DNA of 63,415 bases, filler included, from Sluysia triapertura (lineage: Eukaryota), in the NCBI GenBank assembly GCA_046118255.1. It is 4 parts of 4 records of this genome, joined end to end, with 100 filler letters (N's around TTAATTAATTAA, not from the genome) between each part and the next. Parts side by side here need not be neighbours in the genome. Positions count along the whole stretch, not along the records: positions 1 to 14,949 come from JBJNIA010243546.1; 3 more parts are not named here. One strand, written 5' to 3'. The notes below the pieces were generated by a model. It was not told where the DNA came from and searched no databases. It saw only the letters and a program-made list of their open reading frames with translations. Both the position numbers and the translations under genes were made by a program. Below, one piece after another: positions 1 through 13,375 of the stretch (positions are counted from its first letter, which is position 1; each line of letters opens with the position of its first letter).

Positions 1-1889
1 AAAATGTTTTCTCTTTCATGATTCTTATTTCAACAGTATTTATAATACTTCATCTGCTACTTCTCATTAATTTTTCCTTTATTTATAATTCTATATGTCT
101 TCTACTCGTCTCCTAATCCAAAGTTGGGCAATCCCAACACTCATACAAAGTGATGGATTAAACATTTAAACATTGTTGGAATAAGAATCATGAAAAAGAA
201 AACATCTACAATGGTTTTAACACCTAAAGAATTCCTTGGCATTCCAAATACCTATATAAGGTATCGAGACCTTGTGGACGCTTGAAATGGACTTGAAGAC
301 CTTTGACAGCATTAGAATACCTTTGAGCTTGTTAACCTTGAGATTTTTGAAACTTTGATAAGAATCCAAGACCTTCGAGTAAAATCTTTAAAATAGTTTT
401 TAAATAAAATCATTGTTATTAATATTAAAAATAAATCTAGTCTAACAATAATTAACATGAAGAAAAAGAAAAGGGAATAGGATGGGTGAAGATGAAAACA
501 TCTAGAGCCTCCCGAATGCCTTTTAAACTACTCAAAAACTTTAGAACATCAATAAAACCTTTAAACATAAAATAAGATTAAGTCTAAAAAATGATTAATT
601 AATTAAAAGTCTTAATTAACGTAATTAAGAAAAAGTACGTTTTTGTGAATAACTTTTGAATGTGGAATGCTATGTTAAATTTGAAACTGTGTATATGTAT
701 CTGTTTTGAAAAGACCTTTTGATGAAGGTATGGTTTGACCGAGTTCATGCAAGGAAAGCCTTAATATTGAGGAAAGTCAAATTTTAATTACTTTTTAATT
801 ATGGAATTTTGAATTTTTAATACTTAGAGTGATTAAAATGTGATGAATGGAATATGAAATGATTGCTATGAAAAATGAGAATCTATAAGTGAGTTCCAAA
901 TGTTTTTAAGAACCTTAAACAATTTCCATAAGGAAATTGGGTGTGAAAAACCAAAAATCAAGCAAATTCTGAAAACGAAAATTAAATTCATTATTTTTTA
1001 TGTATGTTAACAATAACAATGATTGTTATTTTAATGTGAGAGTTAATTTAAGTAAAAGTAGAATGAGTTTTAAAGGAAAATAATAATTAATCTAATATCA
1101 ATTTTTTGTGTTTTGTATCTAATAAAGTTTGACAGTTTGTACCATGTAACTGTCAAAGTTATTATTGTCGGATTAAATCTCATCGAATGTTGCAGTGATT
1201 TGTGTGAGCGAATGTTTAATTACAAATTTGGGAATGATTGAATGATGAGAAAATATAAATATGAATATTTAAAAATTTTACCTCTCAATAACAATAACAA
1301 TTAGTAATGCAAATAAGTAGATCCATGCTTTAAGAAACTTTGGAATTTATTTCATAATTAAAATTATTATTATTTTTGGGGGATTTTATTAAAATAGTTT
1401 TTATTTTTATGTTGTTTTGGGAAATTTATATTTGATTATTATTAAGGATTAAGCGTGAATAATAGTTAATATTTATCTTAGTGTTGGGTCTCCTCAGTTT
1501 TCATTTGGATAGATTGTAGTATCCTTAATATTACTATATACATTATTATTAATTTTGTGATTTAGTCATTTTTATTATTATTAAAGCGGAAATTTATAAC
1601 ACCAATTTGTATTTGTAATTATTAAATTATTGAGTTATTATTAATTTGATTTAAAAACGTAAAATTTGGGTTGAATAAATATCGTTATTAAGATAATAAA
1701 ATTTGTTTTAGTAATTATTGTTGAGATTCATTTAAGTAAATTAAACTGATATTTATTTATAGTTACTGTTAATTTCAAAGACGCGACAATAGTAAAAGAA
1801 AATTGCGGTTGATCAACAATCAAGTTTTTCTACTTATACTTAATACAATCTGAAAAGTAGTGCCATGTAATTGTCGGAGATGTTATTTG

Positions 1890-2005
1890 AGTAACTCGAC
1901 TTTGTGTGGAGGAACTCAGGGGCGATTAGATAATGAAAAGCAGATGAAATGTAAAATTTGCAAAACAATTATAAAGAAAGTACATATTCCATGATCCATG
2001 TATGG
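1890..2005 (+). mobile_element. Possible decayed BED zinc finger (hAT transposase N-terminus)
   Basis: Across frameshifts: FVWR...MKCKICKTIIKK / STYSMIH resembles the BED pattern VW..CK.C...ST..L..H. Confidence 0.3.
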
Positions 2006-3396
2006 GTATCTTTTTTAATCTAATTTGTTTTTGAAATAATATTGTATTATAAAATTTGATTTTTATAATTATTTATTTGATTATATCAAATATCTAAAAC
2101 TGTTTTTTAATATTTTGAATTTCTTGTGTTGCATCACCCTTAAATAAAAATGGGTAATTTTTTACACTATTGATGATCTGTAAAATTTAATTGTTATTTA
2201 TGTGATATTTGATTTTAAACTTTAATTTTTCTCGGTTGTATTGAATATTTGACTTTTATTCATGATAAGAGATATTAAATTATATTAGTAATAATTATTT
2301 TATTACTAAATTATATTATCCTTATCCCACAGAATATAAGGTTGATTTTATTTTAATTTAATGCGTTTAGAATTAATACATAGTTAAAATAGAATACTTT
2401 ATAAGACGCAACAAATCTACTGATTTTATAAATTATTTTACCGGCTATTTAAAATGTCGGGTGGAAAATTTGAATATTTTATGGTAGATTTTATCACCAC
2501 TTTATCAACAAATTTATGCCAAAATATATGATTGTCAATGAATTCCTTGTATCAACGAATTTTTTCTTGACATGTGGGATACCATTAGATTCCTTAAAAT
2601 TTCTTGTTTCAGCAAGTTTTATCGGTTTTTTCTAATTTTAATTGTGATTTCATATTAAAGCACTCTGATATTAAAAATTTTGGAATCTAATGTTACTATT
2701 ATTTGAAATTAAATATTGTTATTCTTTTAATATTATTGTTTTTTTATATATGTTTCAAGTGGTTGATGTTAGATTAACTTAACACTTAATATCATTTTAA
2801 ATATGTTTTAACACAAGTTTAAATTAATTTTAGGTACATTTGGTAAAGCGAAATTTAATATTGCACGAAAAATAATCAGTTTAAAGTAATTTAAAAAATT
2901 ACTTATAAAACCATATTAAAATTCAAGCAAATAATAAGTTCTCAATAATAAAACTCATTTTGCTGTATTGTATTGATAAAATATATTACAAATTATTATT
3001 TTGTTGAATAAAAGTTGAAAGTTTGGACAAATTTATACCTATGTTAAAACTGAATAAGCACTTACAAAGCCAACACCATTTAATAAGTTAAGATATTAAT
3101 CGTTAATTATATAGCGTACATATAAAACTACATGACTAGTTAAAGATGATAGACTATTTCCTTAATTTTATGAAATCGTAGAGGGATTCGTACTTGACAT
3201 TTAAGCCACTAAGTATGGGAGAACCCTTAAGTTTTAAAAATGTCATTGTTCTGAGTAAGCCCAATTAAATAAAATAATAGCAAACACAAAACATAAAATA
3301 TTACAAAATATTTATTATATGCAGCATGTATAACGAATAAAATAAATGAAACAATAAATGTATTAAGAGATGTGATTAAAAGAATGGATAATAGAC

Positions 3397-3678
3397 TCAA
3401 TAATTCTCAGCCCACGGATTTTCTTCTAAGAATGTATTAACTACTTCTTTCATAACAACATTTGAGATCAATTGATCTTCTGTTAAAGATTGTCTAGTTA
3501 TAGGATCAAAATGTCCAACTCTATGTAAATGCTCAATAATTGCTTGACGATCATATGTTATACCACTAGGTGCAATAACTGGATCTCGCATAATTTCGAA
3601 ACTGATTCTTCCATATAAATAGTCAGGAATATCTCCATATCTTGTTGCACCTATGCTTGACTTGTTATAAGAATAAAC
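3397..3678 (-). CDS. STUB1: Terminal exon encoding a CHIP/STUB1-type U-box domain (94 codons including stop, phase 0)
   Basis: Acceptor tttag|G at 3678. Reads [93 protein letters not shown], closely matching the CHIP C-terminus ([40 protein letters not shown]). No TPR exons seen, so orthology to full-length STUB1 is not certain. Confidence 0.88.
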   Translation of the reverse strand, partial: VYSYNKSSIGATRYGDIPDYLYGRISFEIMRDPVIAPSGITYDRQAIIEHLHRVGHFDPITRQSLTEDQLISNVVMKEVVNTFLEENPWAENY

Positions 3679-6609
3679 CTAAATTAAGAGAGAGCATTTA
3701 TTTAAGTTTCAATATATACTAATAAACTATTTAATGAAATTGATTGAATATTATTCAAACATTGAATGATCGAAAATATTGAAAATTTAGCAAAGTATAT
3801 CAAATTACGTTAAAGATTATGAGGGTTTTACCCAATCGATTTTATAGTTAATATAGTTAATGTCACACTAATAAAACCTTAAAATTTGTATGTAGTAACA
3901 ATTATATTTGTCAGGTGTTAAACTTTGGATATTAGTTTAGTTAAAATCAATTAAAAAGCGCATCAGAATACAAGAAGTTAAATTTATATTTTCATTCATA
4001 TTTCTTATACACTAACAGAACATTAAGCAGATTGATATATTAGATCGAATTTAACAAGTGTATCAGCGAAATTCTAAAAGATGAAAGATGTATTATCCAC
4101 AGTTCATTAAAGTAGTATTAAAGTTTAAATTGAATTTAATATTAAAGTCTGCATTTAAATAGAAAACCAAGTATTATCAGGAAACCTAAAGATCAAAAAC
4201 AAAATTGTAACGATTACATTTTATGCTGAAACTCAAAAAATTTAACATACTCCACTTAATTAGTTACTGTCTCAATTCAATTATGGTCAATAATTAAAAT
4301 GATAAATTGCAGTATAATTTTCAAATAAAATTATAAAATAAATCCAAAATATCTAAAAGAATCCATCAGAATAAACAGTATCTTGAAATCAAAAGTTAAC
4401 TAATAGAATTCATAAAACGATTATAAAATGGTCCATTAAATTAGCTAGTCGAGAAAATTACAGATCCGACAAAACACTGGAAAAATAAATAAAATAAAAG
4501 TATACAATTGTTTTACACTAGCTAGAGATATCTAAATATTCACTTTACATATTAAAAAAATTCAAAAAATATTTTCAGAAACACCTTTAAAAATAACCTT
4601 CTGGAATTCGTAAACAGATAGAAAGGGAAAGAATCCATCACTTAATTAACATTAAGAAAATATTACGGATAAAACACAGATGTCAATAAAACATGGAAAA
4701 TCCGCTAAAAATAAATATTAAGAGACACGAATAAGTAGTAATAATCAAAGCAGATATAAGAATAAGTACATAGGTGAAATAATACTATCAAACGATAATG
4801 TATTAGTTGGGTGGTCTGTCACAAATAATAATTCAACTATTGTAAAAATATTCAATAATAATATTATTATTATTATAATTTAGAAATAACCAATATTTTG
4901 AAATATGGATTATAATTATAAAAATATTTATTCAATAATAATAATTTAATACTAAATATATGTGACAGTAATAATATTTATAAAAAAATTTTATGTTTGT
5001 CTGTAAATGAATAAGTTTTAGAAATACAATTTTATAAATAGTCCATTACATGGGAATTTTATAGAGTCCATTATGTAGTCCATTGTCTTTATAAAATCAC
5101 AACATTTATAATAACGACCAGACAAGGAATCACTGACCTACCATCAAATTATATTTATTTGATTTAAATGATAGTTGATTTTTCTTAGTCATTTTAAATA
5201 TGTTTATAAAATATTACTTCAGTTATTTTTTCTTTACATTTTTCATCTTTATTTTAAATAACCAGCTAAAACCTATTGATAAAGGCAAGTACAAGATAAA
5301 TATAAAATCTTAGATTTTAATGCGTAATTTGTAACATTTATTGTTTTTGTTATTGTTTTATTCAGCAATTTCTGATTTCATTTATTTCGTTTATGAAAGT
5401 GATAGTTAGCTTGTTCATTAATGTGAAAACCGCATTTAATAGTTAAATCCTAATAAAGAAAAATAATTTTAAAAAATCAACTGTTACAATAAAGCATAAC
5501 TTAGTATATAAAAATAAAAAAAATAAAAGAAGTAATACACAAATCATAGTAAGACAAAAACTTACAAAATCTTTAATCAAGATTCACACTTATTTAAAAT
5601 TATTCATTTATAATTGCAGGATATTGGATCTCACAATTTTCTAAATTATTGGAAAAGATTATTAACAAGCTAATTTAGTATTATATTGTTTACTGGACAA
5701 GATTCGCGTAAGTTTTTATTTATAAGTTTCTTTCTTCATTAATGAAAAATAAAATCTTAAGTAAAATCACATTCATTTTACATTTCAAATATAATTTAAT
5801 ATTGAAATAATAAGGTCTATTGTAGGTAAATATAGTTGTTTATTTCAAAAAGGCTTATTTCAATAAAAAGTTCACATCTTTTAACTTCTTATATTTGAGC
5901 AAAGGATTGTTATCTAAAAAGAATTTGAAATCTAAAAAGTATCGAAAACTAGCAGTTAGCTACTTTTATAGAAACTAAGATTTTTGAAATAATTCAAATT
6001 AAAAGTTGCATTATTAGAACTGCAATAAATATTAGTTAAAAAGAACTTTACATAAGTGTTGGATCCAGTGATGGCTGATGGTGGTAATGTTGGTAATATG
6101 GTGTATGGTGGTAATAATGAACATTGAAAAAATTAATTGACATTATTAATAAACAAAATTAATATTTTATTTTTGATTTTAATATTTTACTTTTGATTTA
6201 GAAAATGTTTTATTTTATATTATTGATCAAAAAATTATTAATATTTAATATAATTATTAAAAAATTTTTTTTATATAATATCGATAAAATTACTAAATAT
6301 TTTACTAATATTACACTTATTAGAGTTATTAAAAAACAATACATTATAAAGGAAAAATTTTGTTTTAATGAAGTAAATTATGAAATTACAAGAAACAAAA
6401 TGGAGGTAAGTAAATTTAGTATAAATACTAAACACTTTTTAGTATAAGACAGAAGATAAGTAAGATAATTTTGGAACAAAAAATTTATCCAGAGAAGACA
6501 TTCAAACAAATTGTTCATGTCCATGCAAAAGTAATTGTTTATGTTAATATATCCTAATTTTAAACAATAGGATCCATAAAATCTACTTAAAATATTTCTT
6601 AAGTATTGT

Positions 6610-6920
6610 CAGACTGTAACAAGGCTGACTTAATTTATTAAAATCAGTTCAGGTTAATGGAAACCTTAAGACTTAAAATTTTATCCATAATATAATTTTT
6701 ACAATTGTAACTTTTGTGTTTGTATAAATTGTACTTAATAAACCTGTACATTAAAGAATTATTTGTTTTTATTTAGAAATCATTTATCAATTACAATCAG
6801 ACCGTAAAAAGGCTGATTTAATTTTTAAATATTTGAACATTTCGCAAATCGTAAAAAGGCTGTCTCAATATATAAAATCAAACTGATCTTGGACAGACCG
6901 TAAGAAGGCTGTCTCAACTT
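6610..6920 (+). repeat. Four copies of the motif GAC(C/T)GTAA(A/C/G)AAGGCTG
   Basis: Copies at about 6610, 6798, 6847 and 6894; related copies at about 41912, 42103 and 58187. Confidence 0.7.
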
Positions 6921-6999
6921 ACAAATAAAACTAAATTAACGTAATTTCTGATAGATATTGCTACCAGTTGTTGGTTTACACGAAACTATCTTTTACAGT

Positions 7000-9900
7000 T
7001 AACTTCTTCACGTTATAAGTCTAATTAGACCGTCGACAGCTAGTGGCGCAAACCGTCTCTAATTAGCCGAACCTTCCCCAGACGATAATCTTTTGCTAAG
7101 TAGGTTCTTTTTAAGACAGAACATTTGCATAAGAAAAATTGAACCCTTAGGAATTATCATAGACAAAATGCATTTTAAACATTATATGAAAATTCCCATA
7201 TGTCATTATAGGCAAACCCAATAGAGCAACAAAAATCCTTTTGTACGTAATTTTAGTTCGCATATAAAATACTTGCAATTTTGATATTAAAATATAACTT
7301 TCTTAAACCTACCGCATTTCGGTGTTTAGCATAGCCTTTAATAAATTTGCAGTTGTAATTTTTAGCTTAAGAAAACTTTTAATGTTTCATACAATGTAAT
7401 TAATTTAAATTTTCAATAGTCACAATTTTAACACCTTTCATATTAACAATGTGATCCGAGTACTTAATTTTAGCAAGAGAGATTGACACTTTTCTGACTT
7501 ATTTTTAATCCTTGAACACTTTTAAATCTAATTAAATGGTCTTCTTTTGTTTAAAAAGTATTATCCACATGTACTCAACCTCTTTGTAATTTAAATTATC
7601 TAAACATCCTTATTCCTCAAATCTTGGTACTCTCTCTATTCCAAAGGAATTCTATTAAATCTAAAATGTCTGTTCTATGTTTAATATGCAGTTTTGCTTA
7701 TTGATAATACGCATTTTCTAAATCAATTGTGTTATATTCTAAGATACTTCTAATGTATTGATGATGTTTGGCATCATGGAGACAAATTTCTCTAATTATG
7801 TTTAGTTGTCTAAAGTCAACGCAATGTCTTATTTCATTTTTCCAAGCAGGAAAATTCCATGAGAACTATATTTCTGTTTTTGTCTCAAAATATTTAGGAT
7901 GTCGATAGGGCTTAAGAAAAGTAGGTTCATTGTTTGTATACATTTTGTGTATCGCAATTTTTGCAAATTCAATGTACAACTTGTGGACCGTAAAAATTAT
8001 TTATACTTCTAAAACATTTTACATAGGCCGTTATCAGTATATTAAACCATCTACCATCTATATCAATGAAATCTTTCTATTTTATTTTTTGTAATCTGAT
8101 TCCTTAACTCATTTAAAAAAGTAATAATTATAATCATTGGATTTATATTTTCAACTACATAAAATGATACTAATTTTACTTATTTACCTTTTTGTGTTTT
8201 TAAATCTGCGCAATCAAACTTTTCTAAAATGGTTTATTTGATCATTTTATATTTTTATCATATTTTATCAAGACATTTTATTATACTTATCTTTTCTTCA
8301 TTGTTCAAATAAACATGTTTGGGTAGTCTATGATGAAATTATAATTAAAGGATCTCTTATATTTACTTAATTTTAATAGAAAATTTAATTTATTGAGTTT
8401 AAGAATAATTAAGTTTTAACCTAAATTATTGATTAATTTATTTTTATTTATTTCAATGAATACTCTTTCTTTATTTAATTTTTTAATTACAATTTTATAG
8501 ATTGTGGAGGGCAATAAATACTTTAATTTATGAAATCTGTTATTATTTTTATTTAATTTCAAATTTTTATTAAAATGATTTTAACTATACGAACTTTAAT
8601 TAAACGAAAACATCTTAACATTATAACAAAATTTAAAACTACAACCAAATTTGTCGTTTTATTAATAAAAAATAAGAAATAATAAAACAAGAACATAGTT
8701 AATAACAATAAAATTACGTGTTTTTGTGTATACACTAGAATATCTTCTGAAATTTTCAACAATTTCAATAAACGATGATGTGATACTGTTTCACGTATGG
8801 TTGTCAATTGTACCATAACATAATGTTGACTACTTTCTATATCATGTACAATAAAATCGATAATTCAATTCGTAAAGATTTGATGTAAGCAGCTGATTTT
8901 TTAGTAGTATCTCTGAATAACTATAATTAGAATTTTTTAGTACGCGTACTGGAACATCATTCTTTTTACTCTAAATATAATTATCACTTCCTGATGATTT
9001 CAATATTGGTTTGTTCCAGGACAAAACAAAATCGCAAAGGCGTAATTACCGACGACGCCAACTTAAGAAGTTTCATAAAAAGAATAAACGACTGTGCGAT
9101 AACCCTTTTTTAAAGCAACATTAATTTTTTTTAAATATTATTGTTTATTATAATAAAATAACCAAGTATAATAAATTGCTTGTACAGAAATCCCTCGTTT
9201 TATAATTTTTATATACATTGTTCTACAATTTTATTCCTCTTCAGTTCAAAATCAACGCAACAACTCCAACACACCCAGCGTCCACAAGCAAAAATCATCA
9301 GTCAGATTAGGGCCTTCTATAACTCTATTGACCGTTTTTTTCCGAAAATCCCACCCTTACCTCTTTTCCTAACTCCTTTGCTACTGAATGCAAGTTAAAG
9401 TCTGAACTTACGGACATCCTGGCGACTCACATCTCCTCATTAACACCAAAGAAACCTCTTGTTTCCTTGCGAAATCTATCCAATTTACCTGATATGTTTG
9501 ACACCTTGTATATTGTATCCGCACGGGAATCTATTAAAATCACGTTAATCATCGACGGAACTCTGTTAATTCTGCGTATAGAGGGTTTGTCAACTCTTCT
9601 TCTTTCCGAGTTGAGAAAAGATTGCGAAGTTTTGGTGGAAGCTCTCGAGTTTCCAACTCATGTTTCTCTCCTTGTTGTGTTACCACCAGTCTCTCTTTTT
9701 GCTCCATCTTTCCTTCCTTTTGCGGAAGATACTGATAATTTAAGCCGGTGGAGGGTTGGAGCGTCATACACCCACGTATCGACTCTTTCAGCATATGACG
9801 AAGACCGCCTTAAGTTTGTAGCATTTCAATATGCTACTGATTTCCTGAATAAGCCGCATATAATGTGTAACATGTACCCCTACAGTAGGCAGTTTCATAC

Positions 9901-10190
9901 CGAGACCCGTATTAAACCTTGGTGCCGAATTCAGAATTTTCGTCGCAACATACAAGTAGTCACGGACGTCGATATTAAACAGGCGAAAGACATCGCGACG
10001 TCCGCCATCAGTTTATCGGGATCTTGCGAAATAAAATTTTTCTTGCGCTCAATCCACAATTTATAATTGAAGCTATGAATATCCCTTTTGGGTTGTTAAG
10101 GGTTGTAAAACTTTATTTAATATCTGTTTATTAATGTCTTTAAGATTTAGAGTGACTTCTACATTTTAGATTTAGTAGCCACATGTTTCA
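7000..10190 (-). mobile_element. Decayed Ty3/Gypsy LTR retrotransposon (RT remnants about 7000-8050; GC-richer putative gag about 9000-10100)
   Basis: Minus-strand motifs EPTFLKPYRHP (about 7895-7935), NEIRHCVDFRQLN (about 7800-7840) and NTIDLENAYYQ (about 7700-7735) are Gypsy RT signatures, broken by stops and frameshifts. The gag assignment and the boundaries are inference. Confidence 0.75.
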
Positions 10191-11165
10191 AAAATATGGA
10201 AGTGTATGAGGGTGTAAAAGTGTAAAGATGAAGATGAAACAGTTAATAATTAAATATGAATTAATAAAATTTTTGTTTAATCATTATATTAGGTTTTTAA
10301 TCACATTGCTTTTAATTAGAAAACTGAATGATATAAATTATTTATATCATTATAGAATTTATTAGCATTGAAAGCAGCTTGATTAACATCATAATAAAGA
10401 GATTTATATTGTGTTTTCAATTCGTTTCACGAACCAATTGAACCTTTATTACGAAAAAAGCAACGACTTCAACGGATCTGAAAACAAGATCATTAACCGT
10501 TTAATTTAATTTGTTCCTCAGACCTCTTATCAATAATAGTTTCTGCTATCAATAATGCATTTGCAGAATAATTTAGTTTTACGATTGTTTTAGATATTCA
10601 ATGAAGAGGAGAAGGAGTTAATATTTTATAAATATTTTATAAATAATGGAGTGCATTAGTTCTGTTGAAATGTGAGTGCGAAGCCAAAAGTGGTTGAGTG
10701 CAGACTGTTTATATTATGGGAATGCATGACTTTAGGTTTTGACTCACTGAATACACTTAAAAGTTGTGACCTATCACTTTTCCTTGCAGAAAACACCCAT
10801 TTGTTAAAATAATAACGTCAAACTTGTTTTAGATAATAAATTCATTTGCGATTAGTTTGTATTTAACCTATAATCGTCAAAGAAGGGGACCTGATAAACA
10901 ATAATGAATAAAAAATAACAACTTTGTTTCTCGGTAAAGTGAATTTTTAGCTAAAAGTTAATCAAAAACGAATTTTTCAGTTAAAATTTTTTAAATACGG
11001 TAGATAACATTAATCGGCGAATTACAGATTTAACAAATTAGGAAAACTTTGTTTTGAGATATGTTATCCTTCACTTGTATTAAATAATGAGATAGCAGGT
11101 TTAATCATAATTTTTAATAATTGCAATTGTTAAATTTTTTATTTTTTATTTGATTAAAAACTAAC

Positions 11166-11304
11166 TTGTTGATTCTTTAAAAGCGAATTCGGGAGACGAT
11201 TTTTTTCGTATATATTGAGAACTTCGCATATACGATTGAACAGAATCAGAACTGTGTCCGTCGAAACCCTGACCACCAGTTGCTCCATTCAAATTCATGT
11301 CTAT
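11166..11304 (-). CDS. Probable exon 5 (low-complexity linker) of the VHS gene
   Basis: tttcag acceptor, gttagt donor, open in phase 0: IDMNLNGATGGQGFDGHSSDSVQSYMRSSQYIRKKSSPEFAFKEST. Ends in phase 1. Confidence 0.65.
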
Positions 11305-11628
11305 CTGAAATCATTTGGTTTGTATCAACTAATAAATATTAACACTTTTATACCAGTGCGCAGGTAACGTATCACGAAAAAAAACAATGTGAAAATATAA
11401 TCATGACTAAATGAAACTTTATGCATCTACTTTTTAAATTAATTAAAAATTCTGAATTATATTACAAAGTCCATTTAACAAAAATAAAATGAAACATTAT
11501 TTTAAATTATAACATCATTTCACTTTATAAATATCTTACTTTCTAACTTAATTCATACAGATTGTGAAAAGCACACATATATTAAAATTGATATGAAATT
11601 TTTTAAAAATTTTAACAAAAAAACTAAC

Positions 11629-11739
11629 ATTTTCAATCGACTCATTTGCTAATTCATAAACGCGTTTGTTTTTCAAATTTTTGTATATTTTATACAAATC
11701 TTTATAACCAGGCACACCAGCTAAAGTTTTAATCCAATC
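11629..11739 (-). CDS. TOM1: TOM1-like VHS-domain gene, exon 4
   Basis: After a 47-nt intron; DWIKTLAGVPGYKDLYKIYKNLKNKRVYELANESIEN is the last VHS helices (W...Y..L..KG). Phase 0-0, gttagt donor. Confidence 0.85.
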
Positions 11740-11786
11740 CTAAAAAATAAGAATAAAAATTTTAATTAAAATCACAAAATACTAAC

Positions 11787-12018
11787 CTCAAACATTTGTA
11801 AAACTTTATTCTGATGGGATATTGGTGCTGCATATTTTGGTAACAAAATGCGGTGTAAATCATTTAAAAAATCTTTGTTTAAAAATACTAAATGTACGTT
11901 ATTATTACCATTTTTTACAAGTAACTCAATTAAAACCAAAGTTAACCAAAGAGTTTCTTGAGAACGACCAATAGAACTAGATAATCTTAGTTGTATTGCT
12001 TTAAAAGCATCTTTACAA
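11787..12018 (-). CDS. TOM1: TOM1-like VHS-domain gene, exon 3
   Basis: CKDAFKAIQLRL...TLVLIELLVKNGNNNVHLVFLNKDFLNDLHRILLPKYAAPISHQNKVLQMFE matches the TOM1 VHS core (KDA.RA.KKR...LTVLE.CVKNCG..FH...F....ILPK.NPP...KVL). Splice phases are consistent. Confidence 0.9.
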
Positions 12019-12054
12019 CTAAAATGTCATCATATTTACTATAAAATTAATTAC

Positions 12055-12139
12055 TCCTCTTCTGACGAATTAACATAATCGGAAATGTGTAAAAATAATG
12101 CCAGGTCTTCTTGATTTATTGAACAATCAGTTGCTTTTT
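12055..12139 (-). CDS. TOM1: TOM1-like VHS-domain gene, exon 2
   Basis: cag acceptor; KATDCSINQEDLALFLHISDYVNSSEE matches VHS [27 protein letters not shown]. 36-nt intron follows. Confidence 0.88.
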
Positions 12140-12179
12140 CTGAGATTACCTTTGGATTATATAAATATTAATTTTATAC

Positions 12180-12249
12180 TTATTAATTCGCCGACTTTAG
12201 TGGAATAGGGATGCGGTCTTGTCTTACTTCTTTGTAAAAGACTATCCAT
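12180..12249 (-). CDS. TOM1: TOM1-like VHS-domain gene, exon 1
   Basis: ATG at 12249; MDSLLQRSKTRPHPYSTKVGELI resembles the TOM1 N-terminus (MDFLLGNPFSSPVGQRI). GT donor, phase 1; 40-nt intron follows. Confidence 0.82.
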
Positions 12250-12774
12250 TGTGTAATAATGAAAAAAAAGATAGGTATTTTAATAGAACATTTGCATTAA
12301 ATTAATTGGAAATAAAATTTTCCTATATATATTCTTAATTTTAAAATCAAAACCTATTCATGTATACATTTATCACACTGCTAAAAATAAACTATGCTTT
12401 TAAACAAAAAAATCAAAAATAAATGTTACGTTAAAATAATATGAATATCTTTAATGAAGTACGCTTAAAATGTTACTGATGCGTTTTGAGTATTTCGGTA
12501 AATTTTGTTATATATTATAAATTTTCAATACATTAATATTAACCCCTTGGAGTTCTGATTTATTTGAAGTTTTTTAACATATTGAACGTATTTAATTTTA
12601 CTGTAATATTATGATTAATACATTTATTTTATAAGCATAACCAAAATATAATTCTATTCAGAAAATATGTAGATGAATACAATATTGATTAAATTTACAT
12701 AAATTAAATTAAATACATAAATTAAATTTTAATAATTTTGGACAGTGTGAAACTTTTCAAAGCAGCTTGGTAGA

Positions 12775-12975
12775 TCACTTTTAATCAATAATTTTCCTTA
12801 TGATGTTTGCATAGGAGCAGTCATAACCCATAATAAAACACAATAATGAAATGCATCAATGTTGTTAATACTAAGACACTGTGAAACATATCAACGTAGG
12901 TAACGTAAAATCATCAGTTTTAATTAATTTTTTTATAAAAAGTTAAATTTCTATATATTATAATGAGCATACTAT
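12775..12975 (+). repeat. Dispersed ~200-bp repeat, copy 1
   Basis: Shares tttccttatgatgtttgcataggagc...aaatcatcagttttaattaattt...ataatgagcatac with 41275-41475. Confidence 0.85.
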
Positions 12976-13252
12976 TGTAACTTTTATACTTTTTATTTTA
13001 CAAATTATCAATTAAAATATCGATATATTCTTTATATTATAACAAGATTATATTCTTTATAACAATAACAATACAAATTATTCTTTAATAACAAATCACA
13101 ACCAGTAGTGGCACAACTTATCTAAGATAAATTTTGACGCCTGTATTAATGTAAAATACAGTGAATGCGCCCTGATTCTTATATTATAAATGTTGTGAAC
13201 TTCACACTTTCGCATCAAAATCACAAACACATTTCATCATAAATGAATATTT

Positions 13253-13375
13253 TGTTGGGATTGGTGAAGGATAAAGGAAGACGTAAGGGTGAGGACTCAG
13301 GATAACAGAATAAGTTCAACATTATTAAAAAATTAAGATGATGTCTTATGATGAACTGTATTGGTAAGATAAATA
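13253..13375 (+). repeat. TGTTGGGATT-starting interspersed repeat (LTR-like start), copy 1
   Basis: Similar to 14876-14949 and 27225-27338 (tgttgggattagtgaaggataaggg...ggataacagaataagtt). Confidence 0.8.

Noticed and set aside
5619-5707. Exon-like segment (cag...gtaagt) on the plus strand
   Set aside because: Stops in all three frames; ISQFSKLLEKII resembles a LINE RT scrap.
6610-6920. CRISPR-like array
   Set aside because: Eukaryotic context, short degenerate repeats, irregular spacers and no cas genes.
9467-10066. 199-aa plus-strand ORF as a gene
   Set aside because: No recognisable motif; probably the antisense shadow of the GC-richer retroelement region.
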